Positions 34,614-50,200 of a stretch of 64,000 bases of DNA are shown here, piece after piece (within the stretch, counting starts at the first letter, position 1; every line of letters begins with the position of its first letter). Made by a program: the position numbers and the translations under genes. The DNA comes from Schizochytrium sp. TIO01 (lineage: Eukaryota > Protista > Bigyra: Labyrinthulomycetes): NCBI GenBank assembly GCA_004764695.1, contig SMSO01000014.1, positions 119,648-183,647 of the forward strand, read 5' to 3'. The notes beneath the pieces were generated by a model, which worked only from the letters and a program-made list of their open reading frames with translations, did no database searches and was not told where the DNA came from.

Positions 34614-34670
34614 GAGTTGAGCTGACTTGAGATGAGTTGACTTGAGATGAGTTGACTTGAGATGAGATGA
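34614..34670 (+). repeat. 15-bp tandem repeat (GAGTTGACTTGAGAT) about x3
   Basis: Directly visible tandem copies. Confidence 0.8.
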
Positions 34671-37600
34671 AATCCATCACAACATTGGACGACGGTCAAT
34701 CAATCAAATGTTGCCACGAGTTTGAGCTCGAAAGTTTTGACTGTGGTCCAATCTCCGCTTGCTTGCTCTTAAGCCCTCAGCTACCACCGGTGCTAGCACG
34801 CTGTGCATCTCGTAGCACAAATGCCTACCTTTGTCTTGGTTTTTCAACACTCTGTATCCCCCACCAGTGGCGTCTACAAAAGAGAGATAGAGATAGAGAA
34901 AGAGAGAGAGAGAGAGAGAGAGATCGCTCCTAGTCGTAGAGTGGAAGAAGGGCCTCTTCGACTTGTGCCTGGTAACGAAGTGTCAAGCGGTGGAAGAATT
35001 AGACATCAAGATCGCCATGGGAGGATTCTTGCGCAGTGGTTTGAACTCCCTGCGCGCTTGCTGATGTGCTGTGCACGCACTGACTGACTGGTGGCTTTGC
35101 GAGATGTTGATTATTGATTGATTGATAGATAGATAGATGGATGCATGGATAGATTTGATTCATTGGATGACTAAATGAATAAATGAGTAAATTCGCAACC
35201 AGTTCAGTGGAGGTGCAGCTTTCTTGAGGATTATATAAATGCTCATGCCGGATAGTGATTTTGCGAAATCTCCATCGAGTCGGGAGGGCGGCTCGTATTG
35301 GCAAGTTCGGGCTCATGTCTTGGTCCTGAGAGACACGCCTGCTTCCGTCTAATCTAAGCCTTGTCCAAGACCCTTTCCTCCGTCCGGATAGCTGTTAGTT
35401 GGCCTACCTAGTTATCGCTAAAGTGCTACTGGCGAAAAGAACAGAGACTTTTTTAGACATTATCACTTAAACCAAACAAGGTAACGTATCATAATAACAG
35501 CATAGTGGGCGAGCCATTATTAATTACTGCCTGCCGATACCTGTTGATTAAAAAAGAAATCAGGTAGGTAATTAATCTTTTGAAAAGTACAATATCTCCA
35601 CTTGGAAGGAGGAGAAGAGCTGGAAGTGAGCAAAGAAAGAGGGCCAGGAGACCAGAGTTTTCTTTTGGGTGCTCATGACGAATCACAGAAAGAAAGAAAG
35701 AAGAAAGAAATAAGTAAATAAATAATAAATAAATAAATAAATAAATAAATAAAGTAAAACAAAGAGTCTTGACGGCCATTGTTTTCTCCAATCCCTCCTT
35801 CACTTTTCAAAAAAAGCGCAGGACCAGCACCAGAATAGGCAAAGTGATTCGGCACGGCGGCTTTTTTCCGCTCGTTCTGCAACGGCGCATTGTCCCTCTT
35901 TATTCCGATTGCTTTCCTTTACATATTCTAAAACGTTTTCACACTGAATATAAATAAATAGATGTATATCCCTTTTTCCTTGTTGTCCGTGAAGTAATTA
36001 TTTACTATTCAAGTGCAGTATGAATATTGAGGACAACTAATAAGGATCGGTTAGTCAGAGGGACCTTCTCTGCCGATTATCTACCTATCTTGGCTCATTG
36101 ATCCTCTCTCTTTCTCTCTTCCTTTCTTTCTTTCGCTCTGTAGTCACTTTATCACGACTACCCCCAAGCCGCCTCGCGGGGCGATATGCGTTTGTGGGGA
36201 ATTGAAGGCATCGTAGCGCATCGTAGTTTGTCGCGCAACTTGCTGTCTCTAAGTTTGCTCTGTTACTTGCAAGAGTTTGAGTAGGCAAGCCTACGTCCCA
36301 GCTACTCCTCGACTCGAGCAACCGTGGAATGCTGATGGTCAGTTCCTCAGGTTCCTGGAGTTCTTCTAATCTTTTTGATTGATTGAGTGATCGATTGATT
36401 GCAATTTTCATTTCTATAGCCAGTCATGTCTTTTTTAAAATTTTATTCTTATTTGTTTTTAAATGACGAAGAATATTGCTTTTATTACTTTTCAATGCAA
36501 AATACAAAATATGATTAAAATTATAACAGAAGTGAAAAGGCAATGCAAAAGCTAAAGTTGGCACTTCCACGAAACCTGGCCAACAGGATTCTCAGGCACT
36601 TCTTTTCTTCGAAAGCTAATAAGCTAATCATAAGTGTATTTTATAATTTCAAGTTAAATAAAAGAAAGAAAGAAAACAGCAGAAAGAGATCGAGATCAGA
36701 AAGTGAAGACTTGTAAAGAAGTATTCCTATTGTTGCAAAATGGCCTTCGTTCGTCGTCGAGTCCAGCCGGACGAAATTCCTACATGCATATATATTATAT
36801 ATAGTACAGATAGCCAGGCCGACGGCATTAGTTAAAAAAAAAGAATAGCAAACAGCAAACAGGAGTACTTCCAGGCAGGTTTTAGTATCTCCATAATACT
36901 GGAGACCATCCTGATTCCCTCAAAGCAGAGAGGCGCCTTCTCTTCTTCCCGCTTTCCATGACACCTAAACTCTACAACCCTTGCAATTCATTCATTTGTC
37001 CAGCTTGCACGGGGACAAGTCGGCTCAGTCACAGTTACAACATCCGCTTCCTTCCTCCAAATTCTATTATTACTCTTGATAAAGGAACTGCGGCTTTTGT
37101 TCTATTGTTCGATATGAAGACTGGTGGTAGTGTTTTTGAGAGTTTTCATCATCCGCAATAAATCATCAATCTCTTGTGATTCATTGCCAACGTCATCTCG
37201 ACAAGAGTACCCGGAAGCTTGATCACTCCTTTTCACTTCAGCACCGGTGTGTCGATATGTTCCGAGCGAGTCCCTGGCTTGCTTACTTACTTTCAGGCGA
37301 CTTGTTTACTGGCCTGAACTTCTTGAACCATTGTGGATATTGACATTCATTCATTCCTTCATTCATTCATTTATTCATAGCAGGTACCTATGTTCGACGT
37401 ATTTACAGGTATGCAACCCCCACTAAACCTGCAGGATCGTGGATCACAACCGTCGCCATTTTATTGGGTGGACGGACGGCATTTGCTGCTCGCTCTCGGG
37501 CCTTGATCTCACGCACCGAGTTGAAGCTTTCTGGCTAATAACCTAGACCTGCCAATTCCAGCAACTTCATCTCTTGCCACCCGGCTTACGCCTATGCGCT

Positions 37601-39970
37601 TCCCCAGCTTCTGTCTAACCTCCTTTCGAGTCATTGCTTCGTTCATTCGTTCTCTACAGAAACAATGTCGGTGGCACAGACTCACCTACTTAGTTCTTCA
37701 CCTACCTACTTCCTCTTACATATTTATTGATTTATTGATTTATTGACTTACTTACTAACTCATTACTTACTTACTCAGTTATTACCTATTACTTGCCAAC
37801 TCCACGATCTGTCAATTATTCTCACTCACTCACTCACTCAGTCTCACAGTGAGCATGATTGTGCTGCGCCGTTAGACCTTTCCAACTTGAAGCAGGAAAG
37901 CTCCGCAATTGATTGGCGATACTCGAGACCAGAAAGACCCGAGCTAGGCATGCTAGCTCCGGAGGAAGTCGGGTCGCACGTACCGAAGGAAAGTGAGCTA
38001 GCTCGACGACGTGGAAACCATCGGGAGGGCGAGGAGAACAGGCTTCCTTCGCTCATGCTGACCTCCTCCAGATGGCCAGGCCGAGACTCCTTCCGCTCGA
38101 TGGCTCGAGACTGATCGCTGGTGTCACCCAAGATTCGTACAAGCAGCGTCTTCTTCCGCACCTTGATTGATTCGCTTCGCTTCGGTGTCTGTTCGAAGAC
38201 TAGTGCTGGTTGGCTGCTTAGGCGCCTCCGTAGTCTCCCGTACTGGTGCTCATCTCAGAGTATCAATCAATCAATCTTCATTAAATGTTGCACTAAAAGG
38301 AGGAGCGAGGAGCAAGCACTCCACTTCTATGTGTTTTTTGTTATCAACGTAGGCCAAAATAAAAATAAAAATATATACTATTACTATTTTTAATTCTCTA
38401 AAAGGAAGCTTGAAAAAAGAAGAAGAAGAAAGAAAGAAATGCGCTAGTAGATTGTAGACAAAGAACACGTGTTGCCATTCATACATACACTTCGGTAAAG
38501 GCGTCGCAAGCAATGGCAACACAAAAAATCCTTACTTGTCCAAAGTGTCTCTGATTTTGTTATTATTATTTTAGCAGCTTTATTTTAAAATTATAATAAA
38601 AGGAATGCTTCTTTGAAAGGTAACCCCTTTTTCGTCAAATTGACCTTTGAAGAAATAAAATAGTGTAAAAGGAAGGCAGTCGGAAGTGCGACGAGGGGCC
38701 AATGAATGAAAGATTGCGAAGAGCTAACGAACTAACTAACTACGTAGCTATATAACTGACTAACTAACTAACTCATAACCGAACGCGGAGAGAGATAGCC
38801 ATAATGAAATTATGCAAGCTTCCCATTCATTCTTCTGTAAAACTGTGAATGACTGACTTGAGCAGCCTCTTCTTTCAGAGTAAAGAGAGATGATTCTTCT
38901 GGTGTCAGCTAGCTAGCTGGCTAGAACATCAAGAACCAAACCACTCCGAAGTACCTAACGATATGCAACAAACAAGCCGCCACCACTCGAGGAAGTCAGG
39001 CAAAGGTAATAAAATAAGCTGAAGCTAGCTTTACTTACGGTTCCTCGCCAAATCACTCACCGTTCTCTCTGTGCTCTATAGTTCATCATCTCTCAATACG
39101 GTTGGTCGCACTCTCAGACCGGTTCAATCAGAGCGAGAGCTGTTTAGCGCCTGTCCCTCAGACGTAGAGTTTCCACTAGATGCCTTGCTTCTGGTCGAAG
39201 GGGTCATTTCGGAAAGGCTGACGTGGTACTCTGTCTGAGAAGGAGTTTCTCAAAATATGCAATGCAGGCTCTGCGTGTGGAGTGGTGCACTCGCTGCAGT
39301 GACGGTTGGAGAGAGACCAATGAGAGGTCTATGGATCGATTACCTGTCTCAGCGATCGCAGCGACAGATCATTGTTGACACAGATAGATAGACCCGAAAA
39401 TGCCAACGAAACAGTGCGTGGAAAGTACCGTCTTTTTCATGTTCAACATGACTCTCCTTAGCGTAATTTATTTCTCATAGATCATAGCAGATAAGCTTTT
39501 AATTCTATTTAGTTGTTTCTTAAAAGAGAAAACAAAAAAAGAAAAAGACACCGAAGGCCGGCATACTATTAGCATAAGCACTGGTGGGGACCGACATACA
39601 AGGAGGAGAAAGAAAGAAAAAAAAGAAAAAGAAAAAGAAAGGAAGAAAGAAAGAAAGAAAGACAGACGCAGCGGAGGGGGCGACTTTATTGCAAATATTG
39701 CGATCGATAGCTGTCTAAGGGCTTTCTTTTCTTATGCTGTAAATTCCAGTTGCCTTGTGGTTCTTTGCCCTCGTGTCCTTCCTTCTTCTTTACAGACGAG
39801 TTTCTTTCTCCGCAAAAGTGACGAGCAACGACTGTTTCGTTGTTTCATTAAGTGCACTCTCATCAGCTCTCACAATTGATCATTCATTCATTCATTCATT
39901 GATCATTCATTCATTCTTCAATTATTCGCTCCCTTTTCATTTCTTCGCTTCTTAGGTGTCCGCTGAGCGA

Positions 39971-40025
39971 CTCGAGCCGAGTCGAGCCGAGTCGAGCCGA
40001 GCCGAGTCGAATCAACTCGAGTCGA
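39971..40025 (+). repeat. (CGAGY)n pentamer/decamer repeat at a GC-rich island
   Basis: CTCGAGCCGAGTCGAGCCGAGTCGAGCCGAGCCGAGTCGA. Confidence 0.75.
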
Positions 40026-43000
40026 TTCTAGCAAGCGAGCGAGCGAGTGTGTGAGTGAGTGAGCGGCTTGCTCAGTCTCTGGCCGTGATCGCTCAGCCTG
40101 CCTGCTGCGCTGCCGATCTCCCACCGGCGTGGTGGCCGAGGCCGAGGAGGCTGGCCGGGCCCGAAGCCGGCGGCACAGTGCCTCTGCCTCGAGCAGAACA
40201 AGGCTGGCTTTGGTGCTTCATGGATTGGCTAATCTATGATTTGTGTGGATGTTTAAAGAAAGAAAAAGCAATGGCTATTTTTATTCCTTCATTCCTTTCA
40301 TTCCTTTCATTCATTCATTCGTTCATTCGATCATTCATGTGACGTGACGCATTGAGGACTGACTGACTTATCCATTCATTCATCTCTTGTGTGTTTGTAA
40401 AGAAGGAGGATGAAGGAAGGAACGAAAGAAAGTTATAAAGAAGTGGGTTTTCCCAAATTGGAGCGACTGGTTCCAAACAGAGACTGAGTGCTTCTTTTTT
40501 ACTGTTGCTGCTGTTGTTTTTGTTGGAGGTGGTGGTGGCGCTGCTTGCAACATTTTTAAAGTTCTCAATAGCAACATTAAGGCGTCTTAGCCCTCTTGTG
40601 GTTTCGGAAAAGGAACAACAAAGTCTGCTCTTGCTTGCCAAGAAGATTGTGCTCTTCTGCAAAAGACTGACAAGTCAAGTCCAAGTTATGCTATTATTAC
40701 AATGGGGCCAGTTCTTCTATTTGGCCACAGTGGCTGTTCTCTTGAACGAGAGGTAAACTGAACGCAACCGTGGGAACGGGCAATGCGTTATAAACTGAAA
40801 ACTTAAAAAGAATTATATATATTCAGAATAATTAAACAGGCAATTTTAAAAGTTAAAAAAGTTAAAATATGATTTTTTTTGGACTACTTTATACCACTTC
40901 TACAAGTGGGGTCGAGCGAAGGAGTCGTGAGTGGGCTATACATGATACTATTAGAATTTTCAGTCTTTCTGTTTATCTTTCGTTTTTAAATGGACAATAA
41001 GCTTGGTTCCAAAGTTCACTGTTCTACATACATTATCTGCAGCTTTTACTGCTTTGTGTATTATAAAAATCTGAAGAGCAAAGTTTTTTATTATTGTTTC
41101 AGTTGCTTTATTCTATCATCCTCAATCAAATTATATACGTGCACAGTAATATAGGCCACTTAATATCCACATGCTTTCTAAGGGAAAGCCAAAAATAGCC
41201 CATAAAGGCTAACAACCACGATAGTCAGGCTTAGAAAGAAAGCTTCAAAAGAACTATTAAACGTTGATTTTAAACAGAAATGAAAAGGTGATTAGAGGGG
41301 AAAGTTTCTGTATTTTCTCAGTACGCAGGTTTTCTGTTTTTGTTGTCAAGACCCCACCGGCCGGCGACAGACTGCGTTGCGTGAAGCTGGAGGCACAAGT
41401 CGCGTGCTCCGGGAGGGCCAGCAGGAAGGAAAGAGTTCGGCCAGCAGCAGTTCGTCCTCCGTGGCGCGGCAGACTCCTTTTATTCATTCAATCTACTGCG
41501 TTAGTGTTTCTGATTGACTGACCAATTGACTCACTGACTTAGCGACTGACTACACCCGCTGGCGTGAAATAGTGCTAAAGTTTAAATTTGTAAAAAGGAG
41601 GGAATTGAGATTATGAGTTTCTATATCAGTGATGAGCAGGCCCGCAGGCCCAGGCTTTTTAAAAAGTTTTAAATTAAAGTTTTTTTTCTCCTTTTAAAGA
41701 GACACTTTGGCATAACATCAAACTATAAATAAATTATAAAGTCGTCAATTCAAGTTATGAAGCTATTTAAAGTAATACTCTTTGATTCAAAGTAACAAGT
41801 CACGTGATATCTATCTATATGTAGATCGATCTATCTATGTCTATCGATGGATCACAGGCGTACTCCATGAAAGAGAAACCCTCGCATCTTCTCTCGTCGC
41901 TGAGTGAACAACTTCGAGAATAGAACTACCTTTCATCCAGCAAATAAAAGGGACTTCCTTCTTGGCAAGACTTGTGGGCTTTCTTTCTTCATCGTTCAAG
42001 AAATCCCTCTATTCAACTTCTCTTTCAAGAGTAGTCGGCCAGTTCACCGTGCAGCCGGGTCGCATGGTGCGTACTAGGACTTGAATAATTGGGTAAAGCC
42101 GAGCGAGAGAGAGAGTTTCCTTGAGTCAGTCAGTCTGCCTGACTGACTCAGCTTGAAATCGATCTATTTGCCATTGATCGATAGAGAGAACTCTCTTTCT
42201 TGACTGACAGCTTAGCCTAGCCACCGTCTAAGGCAATTCGTCAAGTGCTCTTCATATATGAAGGAAACCTCTTCTGTTTACTAACTTCCTCACGATCATT
42301 CATCTGAATAAATGTATGATCATAGGTACACTGTTCTTCAATTGCTTGCTAACTTCTTCTATGAAGCTGCAACTTGCTATGGAAAAGCGTAGGGCAACCA
42401 GCCATGATAGTTAAAAATGTATTCTTCTTTTTCTTCTTCTTCTTCCTGTTCACCAATAAACGGCACATCCATCTCTGCCATAGAAGAAAGGTAGCACAAA
42501 GCATAATAGAGAACAGCAGCTGTTCCTCTAAAAAGAAAAATCCGGAAAAAAAAATTAATCTTCCACCGGAGCAAGCAATGAAAGAACCAGCGAGAGGGGG
42601 GGAAGAGATAATAAGAAAGAAAGAAAGAAAGAAAGAGAGAACTTGTGATTACTGCGTAGCGCATGCATCCATGCTTCTTCTTCATTCACTACTTTATCAA
42701 TCGTTCTCATCCTTTACTTAGCTCATACATTAAGAGATCAACAGTGATTACTCAATTAATTAGTTGTTTGATTGATTGATTGATTGAATGAATGAATGAC
42801 TGAGTCGTTCATTCATGATCCCTCGCTCGCTCGCTCGCCCGCCGGCTGGCTGGCTGGCCCTCCCTCCCCTTTCGCGTGTTCCTGTTCCTCCTCCGCAACG
42901 ACGGCGTCGGCGTCAGCGACTCCCGCGAGTCCTGCCCTTCAGCCGGTTCTCTGCACCCGGTCCCGATAGCGAAGAAGATTTCGAACAATCGCTCCATCTG

Positions 43001-46000
43001 TCGAATAGACGACGATCAGCCAAAGAACAAAAGAAAGAAGTAAAGAAAAGAAGGAAGCGAAGAAAATAAAGTAGTAAGTAAAGAAGTGCTCTCTGTCTTT
43101 AGATTCCGCTGCAGTGAAGAGCACGTGGAGAATAAGCGAATAAGCGGCGGCGGCCGATAAACTGAAAACCCTGAAAACCCCCAACACAGCAATCGGTCGA
43201 TCGACGAAATCGACGAAACTCTGTTTTCGCCATTCACAAAGGAGGTATCATCGTTCATAACGCAAGGAGATCGAACGAAGCCTTGGGGCCCTTGCTGTTG
43301 CTTAGTGTTTAGCTTAGGAGGACGGAGTCAAATTGCAAATTCGGCAGCTCAGAGAAGATAGAGGTTGAAAGTAGTCTTCTTGCCTTTCTTTCTTTTTCTA
43401 GCAGGGTATTAGGGGAAATGACTGGGGCTAAATCTTGCTTAGTTCACTGACTCACTCTGCTGCAGTAGTACTGACTATTCATTGATAATGCGGAGAGCCA
43501 TGGCTCTTTAACGATCATTTTATTCCATTTATATTGTATTATATATTGTAAAGATAAAATCCCCTGATTAATATATATATAGAGAGAGAGTCATCATGAG
43601 TTATTTGAATTAGTTCTTTCTTTTCCTGTGCTGGAAACAGACAATCAAACTCTCAGATTACTGTCCAATTTATAATTTAGTGCAGAAGAAGGAGTCATGA
43701 GAACTGTCCATCGACCTATCTATGCTAGTAGGCCTTACTAGCTGGTGCCATGAGCCATTGTAATGGGTGTTCTCGCTTTGGTGGAAAACGACTTTCCTTG
43801 AAGTCGAGGAACTTGCGTGCGACATTGCTCCAAAAAAGTTATGCGTACCTACGTGGCTGTTAGGGACTGAAGTCTCGAGCTTACTTTGTAAAAGGTCTCC
43901 ACTTCGAGTCGAGCCAGGTCAAGACGCGGAAGGGTTGGTCCTTCGCCTCTTGGAATTCCTCAAATCTTGCGAGAATTAATTCACAATCTATTGACTCTAT
44001 CCTTTTGTTATTTTGATCATCATCAAAAAGTGACATAAATTGAAAGGCAGCACACATGCTTGTCTCAGCAGTCGCCAGTTGGTTAATTAATTTATTATTT
44101 ATCTGGAAAAGGAAGGAGGATACCTTTTATTGCACGCTCAGTAGATCCTTCCATGCTAATTATAGGAGGAAGAGCTTTTTCAAGCTTGGCTCTGGCTGCG
44201 TGCCCAGGAACACAATTGAGAATTGGGTGCAGAAGCGTGTAGAGAAATACAATTGTACCTCTTGCTGGCGACTGCTGCTTTGATTCGATGTGCAGCTCCT
44301 ACGTTGCTCACCATCGGGTTCAATTTGGAAAGGAGAGGAGCGTGGATGAATTAATTAGCCATCGATCTCGAAGGATGGATGCACTCACTGCACGTTTCTC
44401 CTTGTTCGTCGAGTGGCGCCTATAGATTGCTTTATTTGACCCCTAGTATCCTGGTTCTCACTTTTAGTTACGCTTCTCTCTTTAATCAGTAGCAAACAGA
44501 ACAATTTGATTTTCTATTTCCTTCTTTCTAAAAGATACGTATTGAGGAAAGCAACACGAGTTTTCACTTATTATTACTCTTGCTTTGTGATTCCTTCGAT
44601 TATTCACTTCTTTGTTTCTGCACTCCTACTAATGCTGTGAATTGACTCCTTTTCGAAGACCCGTGAAAGGATGAAAGTTTGGAGTGACTCTTGACGAATG
44701 AATGGTTTATCATTCATCTATTTCTCAGTATGGCCCTCTTTGTTGAGTTCATCTTTTCATTAAAATAAATAAGAAAGAAACAGAATACCATCAAAAAGAC
44801 TTGTCCGAGTACTAATGAATGGCTTCACCAAAAAGAAGCAGGAACTCGAAGTCTTCTCCTCGCGAGGCGTGCAATCGTTCCACGATTCTGTCCGAAAGCA
44901 GGACACAAAGAACAAATCTCAAAGGCAAAAGACACCACGGGAGATGATTCGGGAGGAGCTGGCCAAACTAAAGAGAGAAGTCGCCGCACCAGTCACACCA
45001 TAAAATAACATAATAGTGACTGTTCTTTCTTCCACCGTTTGATCGATGATCCTCTGTCCATACTTTGGCCATGAGGAGTTAGTTAGTTAGTTCTCTCTCA
45101 AAATCAGTTGAACTTGCTTGGCCCTTCCTCCTCCTCCTCCGCTTCGCGCTCCAGGTCCCCGTTTTCTTCCTGCTTGCTCCGCTTCCTGCTCCCCCGATCA
45201 ATTAATCTCTCTTTCTTTCAGGATTACGCAGAAAGAAAGTACCATTCTTCCGCCTCCTTTCAGCATGCACGTCAAATTTTGTCATGGATTTAAACATTAA
45301 TCATGCTCAACCAGGTTTCTAGTTTCACAAGAGAGAAAAGGAGAGAAAAGGCGATAACAATATTGGCCAAGGCGAAGCAATGCAGAGGGCAGGGAGGTAC
45401 TGCTACCTCAAAACGCGGTGAAAAGCACAAGAATCATAGCCAACAATTTCTCTTGCTTCATTCACGAGTCCTCTCCTCCCTCTCTCTCTTTCCATCATAC
45501 CTGACTTGCTTCCTCCATCCTCTTCCTCGTTTGTTTACCTCCTTACTTTCCTACTTTTCCAAATCAAAAGTAAACTCAATACACATTTTATTACTTACTT
45601 GCTTACTTTTAACTAGTTTTTATTTACTTCCCCACCTGCACACTCACTCACTCACTCGCTCATTCACTCACTCACTCACCCTCTCTCTCTCTCTCTCTCT
45701 CTCTCACACTCACTCACCGTGCGCCCAGGATTGATTCGCTCAGAGGAGAAACAAAGCTTTCAAGTCGCTCGATCTTGCTGCGCACTGTTCGAAGATTAAC
45801 TGGCCACTCTGAAGGACCTGGACTGCGTGTTCTTGAAGAACCTGCGGCCAGTTTCAAGCGAAAAGAAAGTCTGCTTAATCAGTGGTTTCTTTCTTTATTC
45901 ATTTGGTTTTTCTTTTGTTTTCTTTCTTTATTCATTTCTTTGTTTCTATAGTTATTCTGTTATTGATTTATTTGATTGATTATTCTGAGTGACTGAGAGA

Positions 46001-47938
46001 GTGAGAGAGAGAGTGCTACTCTAGGCTTTGAATAAGAACGAGTGGTGTTGACCTTTGCTTTCGACGCCCTCGCCAGCCAACTGAAGGACAGACGAGCGCG
46101 AGCTTTCGGCTGGAGTTATCGGCGAGACGTTGGCGCAGCAGCAGCCTCCGCCTCGTAGGAATATCATGATCATTTGATAGATATTCGTTCTCGCGTGGTT
46201 AAAACTGCTCGAGGGAACCAGAATCGGCAAGCAAGGAGGCGCCACTTTAGCTTGCTATTGATTTCCGTGAGAGGAGGCACTTCAAAGCTTGGAGCAGAAT
46301 CATTGATCGTAAAACTTTTGACTCCCCTTGGGATCAAGTTGAAGCCTGGTTATGCTTGCTCTTGCTTCCTTGGAGCTTCTGATTGATGCCTCTGAGCACC
46401 AGTTCGCATAGAGAGAACCCTCACTCAACGTCGTCATGCCATGCTTTATCCATGATGCCGAGGCCAGTGCCAGTGCCGTTCTTGAACGGTTGATTAGGCA
46501 GTCATGCGTATGGATGTATGTATGTATGGCCATCATGGTCGCTCTCTCGAATGCGCCTTTCTCGTAATTTAAAAGAAAAGAAACTAAAAGAAAGAGGACT
46601 TTCAATTCTCTTGAGAAACACAAAGACATATCTATTGTCAATGGAAACAAATAGGGCATCCTACTGTTTGTACAGACAGGTAAGCCAATCAAAACTAAAC
46701 GAGATGCATAATGAAAGTAAAAGGAGTCGATGGCCTTTCATGAAGATATCTTTGTGCTGATCAGCTTGAAAAATGAGAAGCAGACGCTGTTTGGGTTGGT
46801 TGGCGTTGTCCTTGTCGTCACTTCTCAGCGGCCGGCCTGGGTGTCTCCGCGTCCCGAGCCGAAGCAGTGAATTTCGTTTTCGGCAGACACGTAAAAATCA
46901 AAAAACAATCGCCGGTCGGTCAAGTAAGTCAGACTTTTACACCCTCATACGCTTTGCTATCTATCGAATGATGCAGACATCCTTTAAAATAGAATAACTA
47001 ATGCTCGTGATCTGTCTGCATCTTTCCATATCTATTGTTATTAATTATTATTTATTATTATTATTATTGTTTTAAATAAATTGAATAATGAACTTAAAAA
47101 CAGCCATCGCCGCGTCGCGTTCGCTTTGAGAGAAAAGTATCGAGGAGTCTTTTGCTGACACTGTGAAAGAAGATGCTTTCGAGCGTCCAATAAAATGGAA
47201 TGTCTGGAGAGGGAACCTAATCGGTGTGTCATCTCGACTGACTGACTGACTGACTGACTGACTGCCTTGGAATGGCGTCTTCAGAACGCCTGGGCTGCGT
47301 TGTTCCGGGTGAGAGAATTGCTGGTCGGCTTGGAGGACATCCTGCTCACCCCGACTTCGGCTGCTTCTTCTCTCCTTCTTTCCTCCGCACTGCGTTTCTT
47401 TTAATCAGCAAAGGAAGAAAAGAAACACCTTTTCATCTCAAGGAGAAAGAGAAAAGGAAAAAGAAAGGACTGTTGCTGTCTGCGGTAGCTAGCTAGCTCG
47501 CTACCACTTACTGCTAGGGTGACAGCAGCAGCAGAGAAAGAGAGAGAATCTAAAGCAGCGGAGAATATAATAGAGCGGAAGGGAGAAAGCTAACATTTAT
47601 TTAATTGATTGAAGAAGCAAAACCTGGTATAGTGGTGGACAAGCCAGCGGGAAGGGAAGGACAGCCAAACAGCGAGCACGCGAAATGAGCGATCTATAGC
47701 GCAATCGGGATACCCTGCATCTGCATCGCAAGAGTATGTTTTATGAAGCCGCTGCACGCCCTTAGGATGCCACGATGCGAGTTCAATCGATCAGACTTTC
47801 TTTTCTCTCCTCTTTTTCGCCCCTCTTTTTATGGCACGCTTGCGACGGAAGGGAATACCTTTTTTTTTCTCCGAGCGAATGAAAAGAAAGGAAAGCGAAG
47901 AAAGTATGGCAAAAGAAAGAAAGAAACAAAGAAGCAAT

Positions 47939-47984
47939 CAAACAAACAAACAAACAAACAAACAAACAAACAAACAAACAAACA
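47939..47984 (+). repeat. (CAAA)n microsatellite; one of many tetranucleotide SSRs in 23-52 kb
   Basis: Perfect run. Others include (AATA)n ~35710-35752, (GACT)n ~47237-47264 and (GATT)n ~50165-50200. Confidence 0.85.
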
Positions 47985-49858
47985 GAGGAAGAGGAATTCT
48001 TTTAAAATACTTATTATCGAACGAGTCCTCGAACTCGGACTAAGGAAGCTGCTAATTGCAGTTTAGTTGAAAACTACTTTTCTTCGAACGCGGCGCCCTC
48101 CCTGCCGGCTGGCGCCTGCCTCCAACAGGGTGCGGGTTCTTTGAGTGATTCATCGCACTGATGGCCTGACTCTGAGCCAGGAGCAGCCAGAAACTGCCCT
48201 CTTCGGGCCGTCTCATCGCCATCTCCCGAGACGCCGATGGGAAACAATAAAGAAGCCAATAAACGAAAATGAATGAACGAACGATTAACAGGCAAATAAG
48301 CAAAAGTAAATAAACAAAACAAACTAGCTAGAGCTAAAAAGAAATCGTACTCAGTAAGCGCACCAAAATTGGTCCTAGCGAGGAAAGCACTGGTTTGAAG
48401 AGAAAACAAACATATTACTTTGAAAGGAGATTAAACAGAAAGCTAGATAGCAAGAAGTAGCAAAGTTTTCTTGTTTAAAAATATAAATACTTACTTGTAA
48501 CTCAAGAGGAGGAGGCCCTCAGAATCGCCGTTGCTTATGGGCTGTGAACCGCGCCAGAGCAAGAGAAGAGCATCGCGAACAGAGACATACGCGGTGCGTG
48601 AGTGTGTGAGTGAGTGAGTGAGTGAGAGTAAGCAACCGAAACTAGGCTAAAGTTTACCTTCCCTGATTGCATGAGCCAGAAACGAATGAGTGACATAATT
48701 AACTGCCTCTACATACGTAGATGCATGCTCTTCCTTTGCTTGACCTACTTTTTGCTTTCTTTTGAAAACAACTAATAATGTCAAGTCCTCGCCAAAGAAA
48801 AGTGTCCATCATCTCATTTCGACTCTTGAAAGAGTTTATCTTGCACTTTCTTTCTTTTTCATATAAGCTGCTATATATTTTAAAGAAGGAAATAGGCGAA
48901 GTACGTCAACGCTTTTTTTTATTTTCTTTCAAAGCAAGCACAACGAACGACAGAACATAGGCCGTTCTTTCTGTTCATTTCCTACGACTTGACAAGAGAG
49001 GGCTGCCCTGTTCTTCTCTCTCAACTGATCTATGCAGAAGAAACAACATCGGATTACATGAATAAAGATGAAAATATCGATCAACAGAAACCTGAAATAA
49101 ACGTAAAAGCAGAGTGCCTCACTTTTCAATCTTGCAATTTCATTTGGCCAAAAGAAAGGACTGTGTTTACTTCTAGCCGTATCGGTAAGCATACCCTAGG
49201 CTGCCTTAAAAGCACAGTAGTAGCATCACAAGAAGGTGAAGCAGGAGGAAAACAACACATATATAGATGCAGATACACATACATCCATCCACCAGGAGTA
49301 GCAAAGAAATCGAGACCAGGAAGAGCTTTTCTTAATTCAATGGGAAAGCCAAAGGCTCCCACCGTCTCCTTCTGCGTTGAAAAACTCATGGCCAATCCAG
49401 CAAAATCTTAGGAGCCTTTTGCTCTTGCCAGGCAGTACGTAATTGATTAAAAATGTTTCCTTGCTGTTGCTTAAAGCACGACAACAAAAATGACTCCATC
49501 CGTTCCACTCTAAATGATTGATTCTCCTTCGAGGCAGAGAGACTATTATCGCGATAGTCAATCTTCAATAACGCCCTTCCCCTTTCCTCTTGAGGCGGAC
49601 GAGGGCTAGAGAAAGCCAACCTCGCTTACGGAAAAGGTTAGGAGGTCGCGCCTCCAGTGGCTTGGAGATGGGTGCCTTTTAAGCGCAAATGGTGAATGCT
49701 GAGTAAGTAAGTAAGCGAATAAGTAAAATAATTAAGTAAGCTCGAGTTCGTGAGAATCGGGAGGGTTCTCGCGAAACACGCGGCCCAATTTCATGCATTC
49801 GCTGATTCGCTCACTGACTCACTGGCTCACGTACACACGCCCTCCTCGCAGCGACCAA

Positions 49859-49890
<32 letters not shown>

Positions 49891-50163
49891 CCAGTCAGTC
49901 TGTCAACTCGAGGCTGCTCTACGCCTCGTGCGTCCTCCAAATCGTTTCGTCGTCGCCGCCGCGTCTTTTCGCAGGCAAGAATCGGTTGATCGAGCGGTTC
50001 TCTCTGAGTTTGGAGAAAAGTACCACTTTTTTATTTTACAGAACAAGCTGTTTAGGTGAAAGAATTGACTCTTTTCTCTCTCTCTCACACTGTGTTCTTT
50101 TAGAGGTATCGTAGAAGGAGGGATTTTCCGATTGATTGGTGAAAGTTTATTTATTTATCTGTT

Positions 50164-50200
<37 letters not shown>

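Noticed and set aside
34614-34670. Short repeats (here and at 55005-55140) as a CRISPR-like array
   Set aside because: No series of unique spacers, no cas genes, eukaryotic context.
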